Source: Candidatus Saccharimonadota bacterium
GTDB taxonomy: Bacteria > Patescibacteriota > Microgenomatia > UBA1406 > GWC2-37-13
Direction: 5' to 3'
NCBI GenBank assembly: GCA_016700135.1
Contig: CP065004.1
Location: 1,380,001 to 1,412,000, forward strand
Length of the DNA stretch: 32,000 nucleotides
Position numbers and translations under genes: made by a program. This document shows positions 17,133 to 24,321 of this stretch, in pieces (the stretch's first letter is position 1; the number at the start of each line of letters is the position of its first letter). The notes under the pieces were generated by a model. It was not told the origin of the DNA. It was given only the letters and a program-made list of their open reading frames with translations, and made no database searches.

Positions 17133-17219
17133 AATTTTTGAGAGTTATCTTTGAGCCGATCAGATCGAGATCTTGTTGATATATGCCTACTCCATAGGCG
17201 AACTAGCTCGCAAAAAATT
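17133..17219. other. ~87-nt structured intercistronic element (G) between aroB and aroA
   Basis: The outer arms AATTTTTGAGAG and CTCGCAAAAAATT can pair. They enclose two hairpins: ATCAGATC-GA-GATCTTGTTGAT and GCCTA-ctcca-TAGGC. The arms weakly resemble those of copies A-E. Confidence 0.35.
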
Positions 17220-17247
17220 ACATAGTATTCGACAAATATCAAATAAT

Positions 17248-18336
17248 CTAACCCACAATATACTCAATTGCCTTTTTCACAAACTTATCATCAACACTCA
17301 CATTAAATTCGCCCTGCCCGATCCCGCTGAGGAGCGTCCACTTGATATGCCCCTTTTCAACTTTTTTGTCCGTTAACATTGCTCTCAACACATCATCTAC
17401 GACCAGACCTTCATATCTTACCGGCAACCCTACGCGCTTTATCCCGCTTTCAATTTTGTTAAACTCTTTTTCTGTAATCATCCCGATAAGCTGGCAAATG
17501 TAACTCTCAGCTATCATGCCAATTGAAACAGCCTCACCATGAAATAACGGATTTTGTGACTTCATACTATGTGACTCAATGACATGCCCGACCGTATGGC
17601 CGAAGTTCAGCAGTTTTCGTAATCTGTGCTCTGTCTCATCCTGACGGACTATCTCTGACTTAATATGGACAGACTCTGCAACAATATCTATTAATTCCTT
17701 ATCAGTCATCTCAAGAGGACTTTTCTTAACCGCTTCTTCAAAGTAGTTACTATCCTCGATAAGTCCATGCTTAATTACTTCTGCATACCCCTGAATCAAC
17801 ACGCGGTGAGGCAGTGTTTTTAACGTTTCAACGTCACAGACAACAAGTTCAGGCTGCGTGAATGAACCAATGTAATTTTTTAACGTACCAAGATTCACAC
17901 CTGTTTTTCCGCCGACACTGGCATCAACCATTCCTTCCAAAGTCGTTGAAATATTTATAAACGATACGCCGCGCAAATAACCTGAAGCTGCATAGCCTCC
18001 CAGATCAGTAACCACACCACCGCCAAGATTGACAATCAATGCTTTCCTGTCAATCATATTCTTTGCCATATCTTTCCATATTTCAACTACCGTCCCGATT
18101 TGCTTGCTGGATTCTCCGGCTGGAAACACAAATGAATACATATTTGCAATCCGTTGAGAAAAGATTTTAATAACAGGCTTCAGATAATGTCTTGAAACAT
18201 TTGAGTCAGTAATAATATATATTGATGAATACCCTGCTAGATCAATCAAATCGGGGATCAGTTCAATAATATTCTCACCGACACATACTTGATATTTCCG
18301 TGCTTGTTTTTGTATACCAACTTCAATTGTTTTCAT
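17248..18336 (-). CDS. aroB: 3-dehydroquinate synthase
   Basis: 362 aa with GGGVVTDLGGYAA and metal-binding LNFGHTVGHVIE motifs. Confidence 0.95.
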   Translation of the reverse strand: MKTIEVGIQKQARKYQVCVGENIIELIPDLIDLAGYSSIYIITDSNVSRHYLKPVIKIFSQRIANMYSFVFPAGESSKQIGTVVEIWKDMAKNMIDRKALIVNLGGGVVTDLGGYAASGYLRGVSFINISTTLEGMVDASVGGKTGVNLGTLKNYIGSFTQPELVVCDVETLKTLPHRVLIQGYAEVIKHGLIEDSNYFEEAVKKSPLEMTDKELIDIVAESVHIKSEIVRQDETEHRLRKLLNFGHTVGHVIESHSMKSQNPLFHGEAVSIGMIAESYICQLIGMITEKEFNKIESGIKRVGLPVRYEGLVVDDVLRAMLTDKKVEKGHIKWTLLSGIGQGEFNVSVDDKFVKKAIEYIVG

Positions 18337-18365
18337 GGTTTGTATTCAACTATTAATCTTAGTAT

Positions 18366-19184
18366 TTATTCCGAATATGTCTGACCTTTTTCATATATCC
18401 CGACCATTCTGTATGAAAGCGTTTCCTTTTCCAATAACACTTTGAACGTTTCTGCTGATCCCTCAGGGATCTCCACATCAATCCAAAAAAGATATTCCCA
18501 GTTCGAACCGGGAACGGGACGGGATTCGATTTTGGACATATTACCTTTGGCATCTGCTATCGCCTGCAGTACCTTGACCAGGCTTCCCGGTTCATGCTTT
18601 ACCTTGAAAATAACCGTAATTTTATTCTGTATCTTACCGAGGCTAAAAAGGCTATTTGATACAAATACCCATCGGGTCATATTGTGTGAGGTATTTCCAA
18701 TATTTTCCTTAATAATTCGGAGATTTGTATCGGCAAGTGAGCCTCGACCTGCTATTGCGGCTTTTGTATTATCCTGCAGTGTATCCACTTCCCGTACTGC
18801 AGATGCGGTACTCGGTGTCTCATGGGTTATAAGACCGTGTTTTTCGATAAATGAAGAACATTGTACAATCGCCTGAGGATAAGAAAATATCTCTCTGACA
18901 TCTGTAATATCCGAATCGCTGGTCCCAATGAGATGGAGCTGGATATCCATACATGCTTCACCGACAATGTAAAGATCAGTATGAAAGACGAGATCTATAT
19001 TCTCATGAACGGAACTGCTTATGGAATTTTCTATACCCAGAAGTCCCATACTCTTTTTGTCGTTCATAACAGCATCAGAAATGTGGACAAAGGTGGGCAT
19101 CGGTATCAGCTCATCATCGGGACAGACTTTTTGCAAAAGCGCATAACTGTATGATCCTTTCGGACCTAAATAATATATTTTCAT
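18366..19184 (-). CDS. pheA: Prephenate dehydratase (PDT plus ACT domain)
   Basis: 272 aa with a PDT domain and a C-terminal ACT domain carrying the ESRP motif (SKIESRPVPG). Its start overlaps the tyrA stop. Confidence 0.9.
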   Translation of the reverse strand: MKIYYLGPKGSYSYALLQKVCPDDELIPMPTFVHISDAVMNDKKSMGLLGIENSISSSVHENIDLVFHTDLYIVGEACMDIQLHLIGTSDSDITDVREIFSYPQAIVQCSSFIEKHGLITHETPSTASAVREVDTLQDNTKAAIAGRGSLADTNLRIIKENIGNTSHNMTRWVFVSNSLFSLGKIQNKITVIFKVKHEPGSLVKVLQAIADAKGNMSKIESRPVPGSNWEYLFWIDVEIPEGSAETFKVLLEKETLSYRMVGIYEKGQTYSE

Positions 19185-19894
19185 GACTGTTGTAATAATA
19201 AACTAATTGACTGATATGCTGAATTAATTTTTTCAAACTGCTTTTTGCAAAAAGGATTAAAGGTATACATTTCCTTTAATAGTTTTGTATCGTCGGTCTG
19301 TACCATTTCGACAAAATCAAAGAGTGATTCGACTGATCGTGTGTCAATCGGGCTTCTTGATAGTTTGATTTCTTTAACTAAAGCCGCAATGACATGTGCG
19401 GTAAAATGAAATTCTGCTGCATACCCGTCATGTTCTTCGGCAGACATTTCGATAATATCAAGACCTGTCTTTCGGAAAGAGTCATAAACTTCAGAGTAAA
19501 TATGACCTTTCACTCGAACCTTTTCCATCACGATCCGTAATCCGTTTAGATTGTTCCCGAGTTTTGCAACTGTACCCGGACCGAACATCGGATGTGAAGC
19601 AACAATTTGAATATGAGGCGGCAATTCACTCTTCATGATTGAAACCGGATAAGATTTAACGGAACAAACATCCATTACAGTCGCCCCTTCCTTCAGCAAC
19701 GGTGCAATAGTCCCGATAACTTCCGCAAAATGATTTATTGGAACTGCAGGAATAACCAAATCACATTGATGAACATCGGATATAGTATCTCTTGCAATAG
19801 AAATTATCTCAGCTTGCGGAAACACAGAAGGGAGTATCTCCAGAAGGAGAGTCCCGAATTTTCCTTGACCGATGATACCGACGTTTCGAATCAT
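19181..19894 (-). CDS. tyrA: Prephenate/arogenate dehydrogenase (short form)
   Basis: N-terminal dinucleotide fold IIGQGKFG and catalytic-region motif SHPMFGPG. Only 237 aa. Confidence 0.85.
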   Translation of the reverse strand: MIRNVGIIGQGKFGTLLLEILPSVFPQAEIISIARDTISDVHQCDLVIPAVPINHFAEVIGTIAPLLKEGATVMDVCSVKSYPVSIMKSELPPHIQIVASHPMFGPGTVAKLGNNLNGLRIVMEKVRVKGHIYSEVYDSFRKTGLDIIEMSAEEHDGYAAEFHFTAHVIAALVKEIKLSRSPIDTRSVESLFDFVEMVQTDDTKLLKEMYTFNPFCKKQFEKINSAYQSISLLLQQS

Positions 19895-20157
19895 TATTTC
19901 GATCGTTCAACTTCCAATGCCCAATTATGAAGGACGTCCCATATGGATAAGACTACGGACTCCGGGATAAATAGTTCCACCGCTATCTCTTTTCTCTTTT
20001 CAATCATCTCCCCGAAACGGGTTTCATCTTTGATGGGAAGACTACTGACCTTTTTACGTTCACCAATTGCTTCCACAACATCCCGTCTCTTTGAGAGCAG
20101 GATCAGGATGTCATGATCAATCTCATCGATTTTTTTCCGTAAATCATTAATTTCCAT
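19894..20157 (-). CDS. aroQ: Chorismate mutase, AroQ class (monofunctional, 87 aa)
   Basis: LRKKIDEIDHDILILLSKRRDVV is a typical AroQ helix-1 pattern. TAATG overlap with tyrA. Confidence 0.85.
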   Translation of the reverse strand: MEINDLRKKIDEIDHDILILLSKRRDVVEAIGERKKVSSLPIKDETRFGEMIEKRKEIAVELFIPESVVLSIWDVLHNWALEVERSK

Positions 20158-20161
20158 TTGA

Positions 20162-21199
20162 TTAGTGTGACGAATACTTATAATTGGGCTTCTCTTTCAT
20201 TTTTGTCCTCTTTTTTGATTTTTGCTTTCCTTCCTCAGGCGCGACAAGATCTCTGAATGATGACAGAACAGATACCAATTCCCGCAACTCCTGAATGGTG
20301 ATGTGCTGTTCGGTATCAGTTGTAGATGTTCCCGTCTCGATCAATGCTCCGTCATACAGAAACTCATCCTGGGCTGTTTTCATGCGCATCGCTTCAACAA
20401 CTGCTCCAACAATATGTGAGCGGAGTTTCGGGCCGTATGAATGACTGGGATCAAAGTACAATTTTGCTCCCGTTTCTTTTTTGACGCGTCGGGCAATATT
20501 GTGGACTACCGCACTGCGGAAATCACCTTTCCCCGGCACATCAACTCCCCGGTGGATAAGAATAATGTCCCCGTCGAGATCCTGGATATATCGCGTCAAT
20601 CCAGACCATGTCTTTTCCATAGTGGTTTTCCCTGTGTAATTTTCATCGTCTGCCGAATGAAGATGATCTCCGATCCACTTACCGTTTTTCAGTCCGATAT
20701 GCCAGCCGTTTCGTTTTGCAAACAATGCCGTTTGCTCGATATGCCAACCCAGCTGATTGACTGCAGGATTCCAGGGAATAAATTTCCCTTTACCGACTTT
20801 CCCTTCAAAAGACGGAAGCTGAATGATCGGATTCATTACCTCGGTCGCTATTATCATTCCTGTCTCATTCACAATTTCTTCAGCGATGTAGGCACTGGGC
20901 AAAATTTCAAGATCTTTAATTCCGCCTCCGTTCATAATAATCTCAACGTTTTTTCTGTACGCGTCATAATCCATACCCATACCGTTTCCGGATGAATCCA
21001 GCTCGGTCCGTGATTTCAAACCTACAATTCGTGTCCCTCCGATTGCACGATGTTTCTTACCTTCGCGATTTGTAATTTCAATTTCTGAGATCTCCCTGAT
21101 CTCCTTAATATTATTGTCATCAACAGAACAGGGTCCTGCGATGATTATTGCTGATCGGTTTTTCATATTTTTTTTAAATGATAATGAGTTTTGGACCAT
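20162..21199 (-). CDS. Divergent DAHP synthase-like protein (type I-beta DAHPS/KDO8PS fold), putative 3-deoxy-7-phosphoheptulonate synthase
   Basis: IIAGPCSVDD, VGLKSRTE, ATEVMNP, HRGVD and FDPSHSYG echo the I-beta DAHPS core motifs (GPCS[VI]E, KPRTS, xTEV, ERG, DPSH), but with long insertions and a Lys-rich tail. It is the first gene of the aro operon. An alternative start at 21166 (MKNRSAIIIAGPC) is plausible. Confidence 0.6.
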   Translation of the reverse strand: MVQNSLSFKKNMKNRSAIIIAGPCSVDDNNIKEIREISEIEITNREGKKHRAIGGTRIVGLKSRTELDSSGNGMGMDYDAYRKNVEIIMNGGGIKDLEILPSAYIAEEIVNETGMIIATEVMNPIIQLPSFEGKVGKGKFIPWNPAVNQLGWHIEQTALFAKRNGWHIGLKNGKWIGDHLHSADDENYTGKTTMEKTWSGLTRYIQDLDGDIILIHRGVDVPGKGDFRSAVVHNIARRVKKETGAKLYFDPSHSYGPKLRSHIVGAVVEAMRMKTAQDEFLYDGALIETGTSTTDTEQHITIQELRELVSVLSSFRDLVAPEEGKQKSKKRTKMKEKPNYKYSSH

Positions 21200-21200
21200 T

Positions 21201-21225
21201 AAAAAACCCCGCCTTGCGGGCGGGG
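21201..21225 (-). terminator. Intrinsic terminator of the aro leader (attenuator)
   Basis: Minus strand: CCCCGCC-cgcaa-GGCGGGG followed by TTTTTT. The T-run ends 1 nt before the ATG at 21199. Confidence 0.8.
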
Positions 21226-21241
21226 TGGTGATTGTTATGTT

Positions 21242-21322
21242 TTAAGCACAACTTCCCACGCCGCCCGAGGCGGTAAAGTAAAAGTAAAAATAAAAGCTGT
21301 TGTGGGAAGCTTTTTGTATCAT
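21242..21322 (-). CDS. aro operon leader peptide, 26 aa: MIQKASHNSFYFYFYFTASGGVGSCA
   Basis: ATG ATA CAA AAA GCT TCC CAC AAC AGC TTT TAT TTT TAC TTT TAC TTT ACC GCC TCG GGC GGC GTG GGA AGT TGT GCT TAA. Seven consecutive alternating Phe/Tyr codons lie just upstream of the 1:2 / 2:3 / 3:4 pairing segments. Confidence 0.75.
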   Translation of the reverse strand: MIQKASHNSFYFYFYFTASGGVGSCA

Positions 21323-21329
21323 AAATTCA

Positions 21330-21357
21330 ATTGTAACAGAGAAACCGGCGCTGTCAA
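21330..21357 (-). promoter_or_regulatory. Sigma70-like promoter of the aro operon (extended -10)
   Basis: Minus strand: TTGACA (21357-21352), 16-nt spacer ending in TGT, TACAAT (21335-21330). The -35 box starts 1 nt after the upstream gene's stop. The leader ATG is 7 nt downstream of the -10. Confidence 0.7.
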
Positions 21358-21358
21358 C

Positions 21359-22717
21359 TTACAAAAGCAGCATCACGCCGATCCCGAATGCGATCATTCC
21401 GACTCCGGCCATCATCATGGGAATAATACTCATACCCGAAACAGGCGGTGTCGGAACCCCTGTCAGCGTACCGCTTATAATCGGTGTCGGAGAAGCCAGT
21501 ATTCCGGACGGTGTTGGAGATCTCACTGTCGTCGGAGTGGGAGTGGCAGTTGAGACAATAACTGTCGGTGCTGTGGAGGGAGTGATCGATCCTGACGGGG
21601 TTGCCTCATCTGATTCGCCCAATACCCGCTCACCGCTTTTTATCAACGTAAACTCACGTTCTAGCTGTACGATATCCCCTTTTGCGTCTTCCGTTTGAAC
21701 GGTCAATGTGTACTTTCCGGGTTTAATACTCGTTTTTACCGGCACATTCCATTCACCTTTTTCATCCACGATAACTCTTGATGAAAATTCCGGTTTTGAA
21801 TCTATCGTCACCTCAGCTGCCTTACCGGGAATACCGTATCCTTTGATAAGAGGCGCTACACCGGGAATGACGGCTCCCTGTTTCGGAAAACGAATGTCTA
21901 CGATATCACGCCTGACAGGGACTTCCGATTTCTTATTCGTATTCTGTACGGCCAGCACATCGGTTTCTGCGATAAAAGAGTAATTATTTCCCAAAGTGAT
22001 CGGCTGGGGAATGGGTCTGCTCCGATTAATAGTGCTTCGTACCATGGATCTGTTCTCATCATCAAACAACTGAATAGTAATCAATGCATCGTCAGTAACC
22101 GGTACGGAGCTACGGGTTTGTTTATTGGCCAAATACTGCAAGGGAATAAGCCATTCCCCGGTATTCCCGGTCATGGTCATCAGAGGATATGCATTACCGA
22201 CAATAAGCATTGCATAAGCCGATTTTGCAGGCTGACCGTTTGTTTGGATAACTTTGCCGTAAATCGGGGACAGGGAGGTCATCGCTGCGGATTCTTCCAA
22301 CGTCATTGATTCAAATGCACCACCGTCTTCATGCGAAATGAGTTCATTATTGCTCACGATTTTATAGTAGTATACTTTGTCCGGCTGCAGATTCTTAAGG
22401 AGCGCATAGTGATATTTTCTCTTTGTTTTCTCACTTTTGATATCTCTCTCGTCAAGCGCAATAAGATCAAGAGAAGAATCGTTCTCGCCGTACATGATCC
22501 ATCCTTCATCGGGTTCATCAGTCTCCCAGAAAACTCCTATTTGACGGGGAGAAACATTTACGACCTCATGTTCCTTAAGCGTTCTTTTTGATGCTCGGGT
22601 CGGTGAAGAATCCTGCGAAAGCAAAAAAATAACCGTGGAGACAACCACAAAAAGCGCCGCAAAAGCGAGATATTTTGTAAATCTGAAATGGGACTGAGTA
22701 TATAATTCTGAATACAT
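21359..22717 (-). CDS. Membrane-anchored surface protein with an FN3-like N-terminal domain, a Pro/Thr/Ser-rich linker and a C-terminal TM helix
   Basis: N-terminal TM (YLAFAALFVVVSTVIFLL). FN3 / purple-acid-phosphatase-N-like segment (VSPRQIGVFWETDEPDEGWIMYG...YYYKI). PTS-rich tract (TPSTAPTVIVSTATPTPTTVRSPTPSG...). C-terminal hydrophobic anchor (IIPMMMAGVGMIAFGIGVMLLL). Confidence 0.6.
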   Translation of the reverse strand: MYSELYTQSHFRFTKYLAFAALFVVVSTVIFLLSQDSSPTRASKRTLKEHEVVNVSPRQIGVFWETDEPDEGWIMYGENDSSLDLIALDERDIKSEKTKRKYHYALLKNLQPDKVYYYKIVSNNELISHEDGGAFESMTLEESAAMTSLSPIYGKVIQTNGQPAKSAYAMLIVGNAYPLMTMTGNTGEWLIPLQYLANKQTRSSVPVTDDALITIQLFDDENRSMVRSTINRSRPIPQPITLGNNYSFIAETDVLAVQNTNKKSEVPVRRDIVDIRFPKQGAVIPGVAPLIKGYGIPGKAAEVTIDSKPEFSSRVIVDEKGEWNVPVKTSIKPGKYTLTVQTEDAKGDIVQLEREFTLIKSGERVLGESDEATPSGSITPSTAPTVIVSTATPTPTTVRSPTPSGILASPTPIISGTLTGVPTPPVSGMSIIPMMMAGVGMIAFGIGVMLLL

Positions 22718-22719
22718 AG

Positions 22720-22902
22720 TTAAGGCGTTTTCTTTTCCAGTACATCAAGGATGTCCGTATTAATAGTATACTCTACCGTTGCTGACTGAATTTCTTCATT
22801 TGTAGGAGTATCCTGACTAATAGCACGGACTTCCACAATAACCCATGCAATGATAGTCAAAAATATGATTACCGCTATGACTAATAAATCACGTTGACTC
22901 AT
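22720..22902 (-). CDS. Small single-pass membrane protein (60 aa)
   Basis: TM helix LLVIAVIIFLTIIAWVIV. ATGA overlap with the upstream PilO-like gene, and 2 nt from the downstream gene. Confidence 0.5.
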   Translation of the reverse strand: MSQRDLLVIAVIIFLTIIAWVIVEVRAISQDTPTNEEIQSATVEYTINTDILDVLEKKTP

Positions 22903-23462
22903 AAGAAATACGTTTTTATTGTTAATGTAATCTTGGTCGAGCCTTCCGATTCGCTTGATATTTCGACTGATTCAAACATCTTCAGCCTGCGTTGTTTCAG
23001 TATCGCCGTTATAAAAGTGTTCAGATCTGCAGTCGATCCCTGCGAACTCAGAAGTATCTGAAACGTCTGCAACTCACCGGTTCCTCTATCATCAGAAAAC
23101 TCAACGCTCTCAACAGTCATTTCAGAAACAAGGAGTCCGGAAGCCGATGCTGTCCCTCTCACATCTTCTATCGCCTTCGCAAGCCCCGGAGAAGAAGGGA
23201 TCGCTTCATCCAACAATGTCAGTTTATCCCGATAATTCTCCATGACTGACTGATAGTTTACAATCTGCAAAATTACATTCTCCGCTTCTTTATTTTTCAA
23301 ATCAAGGTCCTTTAGTTCTTTTTGCAAATTAAATGCTGTCAGGATATTCGGTCTGATTGCAAAAATTAAAAAGATAGAAAAAACCAAAAAAAAGAATATC
23401 GTAAAGCTATAATCCTGAATCTTTTTTTCATGCATTAATGCAACAAGTTTTTTGCGATCCAT
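22899..23462 (-). CDS. PilO-like type IV pilus assembly protein
   Basis: 187 aa with an N-terminal TM, a coiled-coil segment (LQKELKDLDLKNKEAENV), then an alpha/beta domain. It follows a PilN-like gene. The assignment rests on architecture and weak motif recall only. Confidence 0.5.
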   Translation of the reverse strand: MDRKKLVALMHEKKIQDYSFTIFFFLVFSIFLIFAIRPNILTAFNLQKELKDLDLKNKEAENVILQIVNYQSVMENYRDKLTLLDEAIPSSPGLAKAIEDVRGTASASGLLVSEMTVESVEFSDDRGTGELQTFQILLSSQGSTADLNTFITAILKQRRLKMFESVEISSESEGSTKITLTIKTYFL

Positions 23463-23464
23463 GG

Positions 23465-23989
23465 TTAGGGTATAAACTCAGCTAAATGCAAACTGAAACT
23501 AAATCTTTCTTCACCTTTTTCGATTGTTGATAAATCAATTACTTTGTATCTTTGATCTGCCTGAAGTGCATCGTACATAGCTTTTATCGGCTCAACCGTT
23601 GCGGATGATCCGTCAATATCCACAGCATCGGCTCCCATAACAAAATTTTCGATACGGATTTCTGAGGAGATTTTTGACAATGTATAGGAGTATTTTGCCT
23701 GAAATACCTCCTGTTCATCAAGAACAGTCTGTACCTGCTTCATTTTGGTATCAATTTCCTGGATCCGACTGACAAGTTCACTTGTTGCCGAAACGATGGA
23801 TTGCTTTTGGTTGAGTTTATCTTTGAGATCTACAATTTCCTGATCAACTTTGAACCTAAAGAAGAACACGCAGATCGCTACGAACTGCGTTATGACTAAA
23901 ATATAGCGAAGATAGTGAAAGGCAAAGTAGATGATTTTTTCTGATACATTCTTCTCTTTTTCCGGAAACAGGTTAATGAGGTATTTCAT
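23465..23989 (-). CDS. PilN-like type IV pilus assembly protein
   Basis: N-terminal INLFPEK (compare the PilN INLLP motif), one TM, then a coiled coil. Its start overlaps the rpsT stop (ATGA). Confidence 0.55.
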   Translation of the reverse strand: MKYLINLFPEKEKNVSEKIIYFAFHYLRYILVITQFVAICVFFFRFKVDQEIVDLKDKLNQKQSIVSATSELVSRIQEIDTKMKQVQTVLDEQEVFQAKYSYTLSKISSEIRIENFVMGADAVDIDGSSATVEPIKAMYDALQADQRYKVIDLSTIEKGEERFSFSLHLAEFIP

Positions 23990-24237
23990 GACGCCTTAGA
24001 AACCAATCTACTAACGCGCTTTTTTAATCTTCCTGCTGTATTTTTGTGTATGATGTTCTTTTTTGCCGCTTTATCAATCGAAGCATATGCTTCATTCACA
24101 AACTCTTTCTTTTTTGTCTTTACACCGCTTGTTGCTTTTCTCAAGATGCCTTCAATTTTACCGCTGTAAGCAGCATTTCTCTCTGTTCTTGCAACATCCT
24201 GTTTCATTTTCTTTTTTGCTGATTTAATGTTTGGCAT
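23986..24237 (-). CDS. rpsT: 30S ribosomal protein S20
   Basis: 83 aa, MPNIKSAKKKMKQDVARTERN...IHKNTAGRLKKRVSRL, the typical bS20 pattern. Confidence 0.92.
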   Translation of the reverse strand: MPNIKSAKKKMKQDVARTERNAAYSGKIEGILRKATSGVKTKKKEFVNEAYASIDKAAKKNIIHKNTAGRLKKRVSRLVSKAS

Positions 24238-24245
24238 AGTTTATA

Positions 24246-24254
24246 TCACCTCCT
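24246..24254 (-). promoter_or_regulatory. Canonical Shine-Dalgarno site of rpsT
   Basis: Minus strand: AGGAGGTGA followed by an 8-nt spacer (tataaact) and the ATG. It is the only strong SD I could find upstream of any gene in the window. Confidence 0.75.
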
Positions 24255-24321
24255 TTCATTGTACATGAAACTTATAATCAATTTCTTGACAATCTCGGCT
24301 ACTCATGAAGAGAAAAACGGG

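Noticed and set aside
21300-21698. Plus-strand ORFs 21300..21698 and 21302..21553, antisense to the 3' end of the surface-protein gene and overlapping the aro leader.
   Set aside because: Their open frames are a by-product of the repetitive Pro/Thr/Ser-rich coding sequence on the other strand. The 5' parts overlap the well-explained promoter and leader region.
24255-24321. A promoter for rpsT built from TTGTCA and TACAAT/TATAAG-like hexamers upstream of the SD.
   Set aside because: No combination gives a 16-18-nt spacer; the spacings are 10, 12 or 23 nt. I therefore did not annotate a promoter there.
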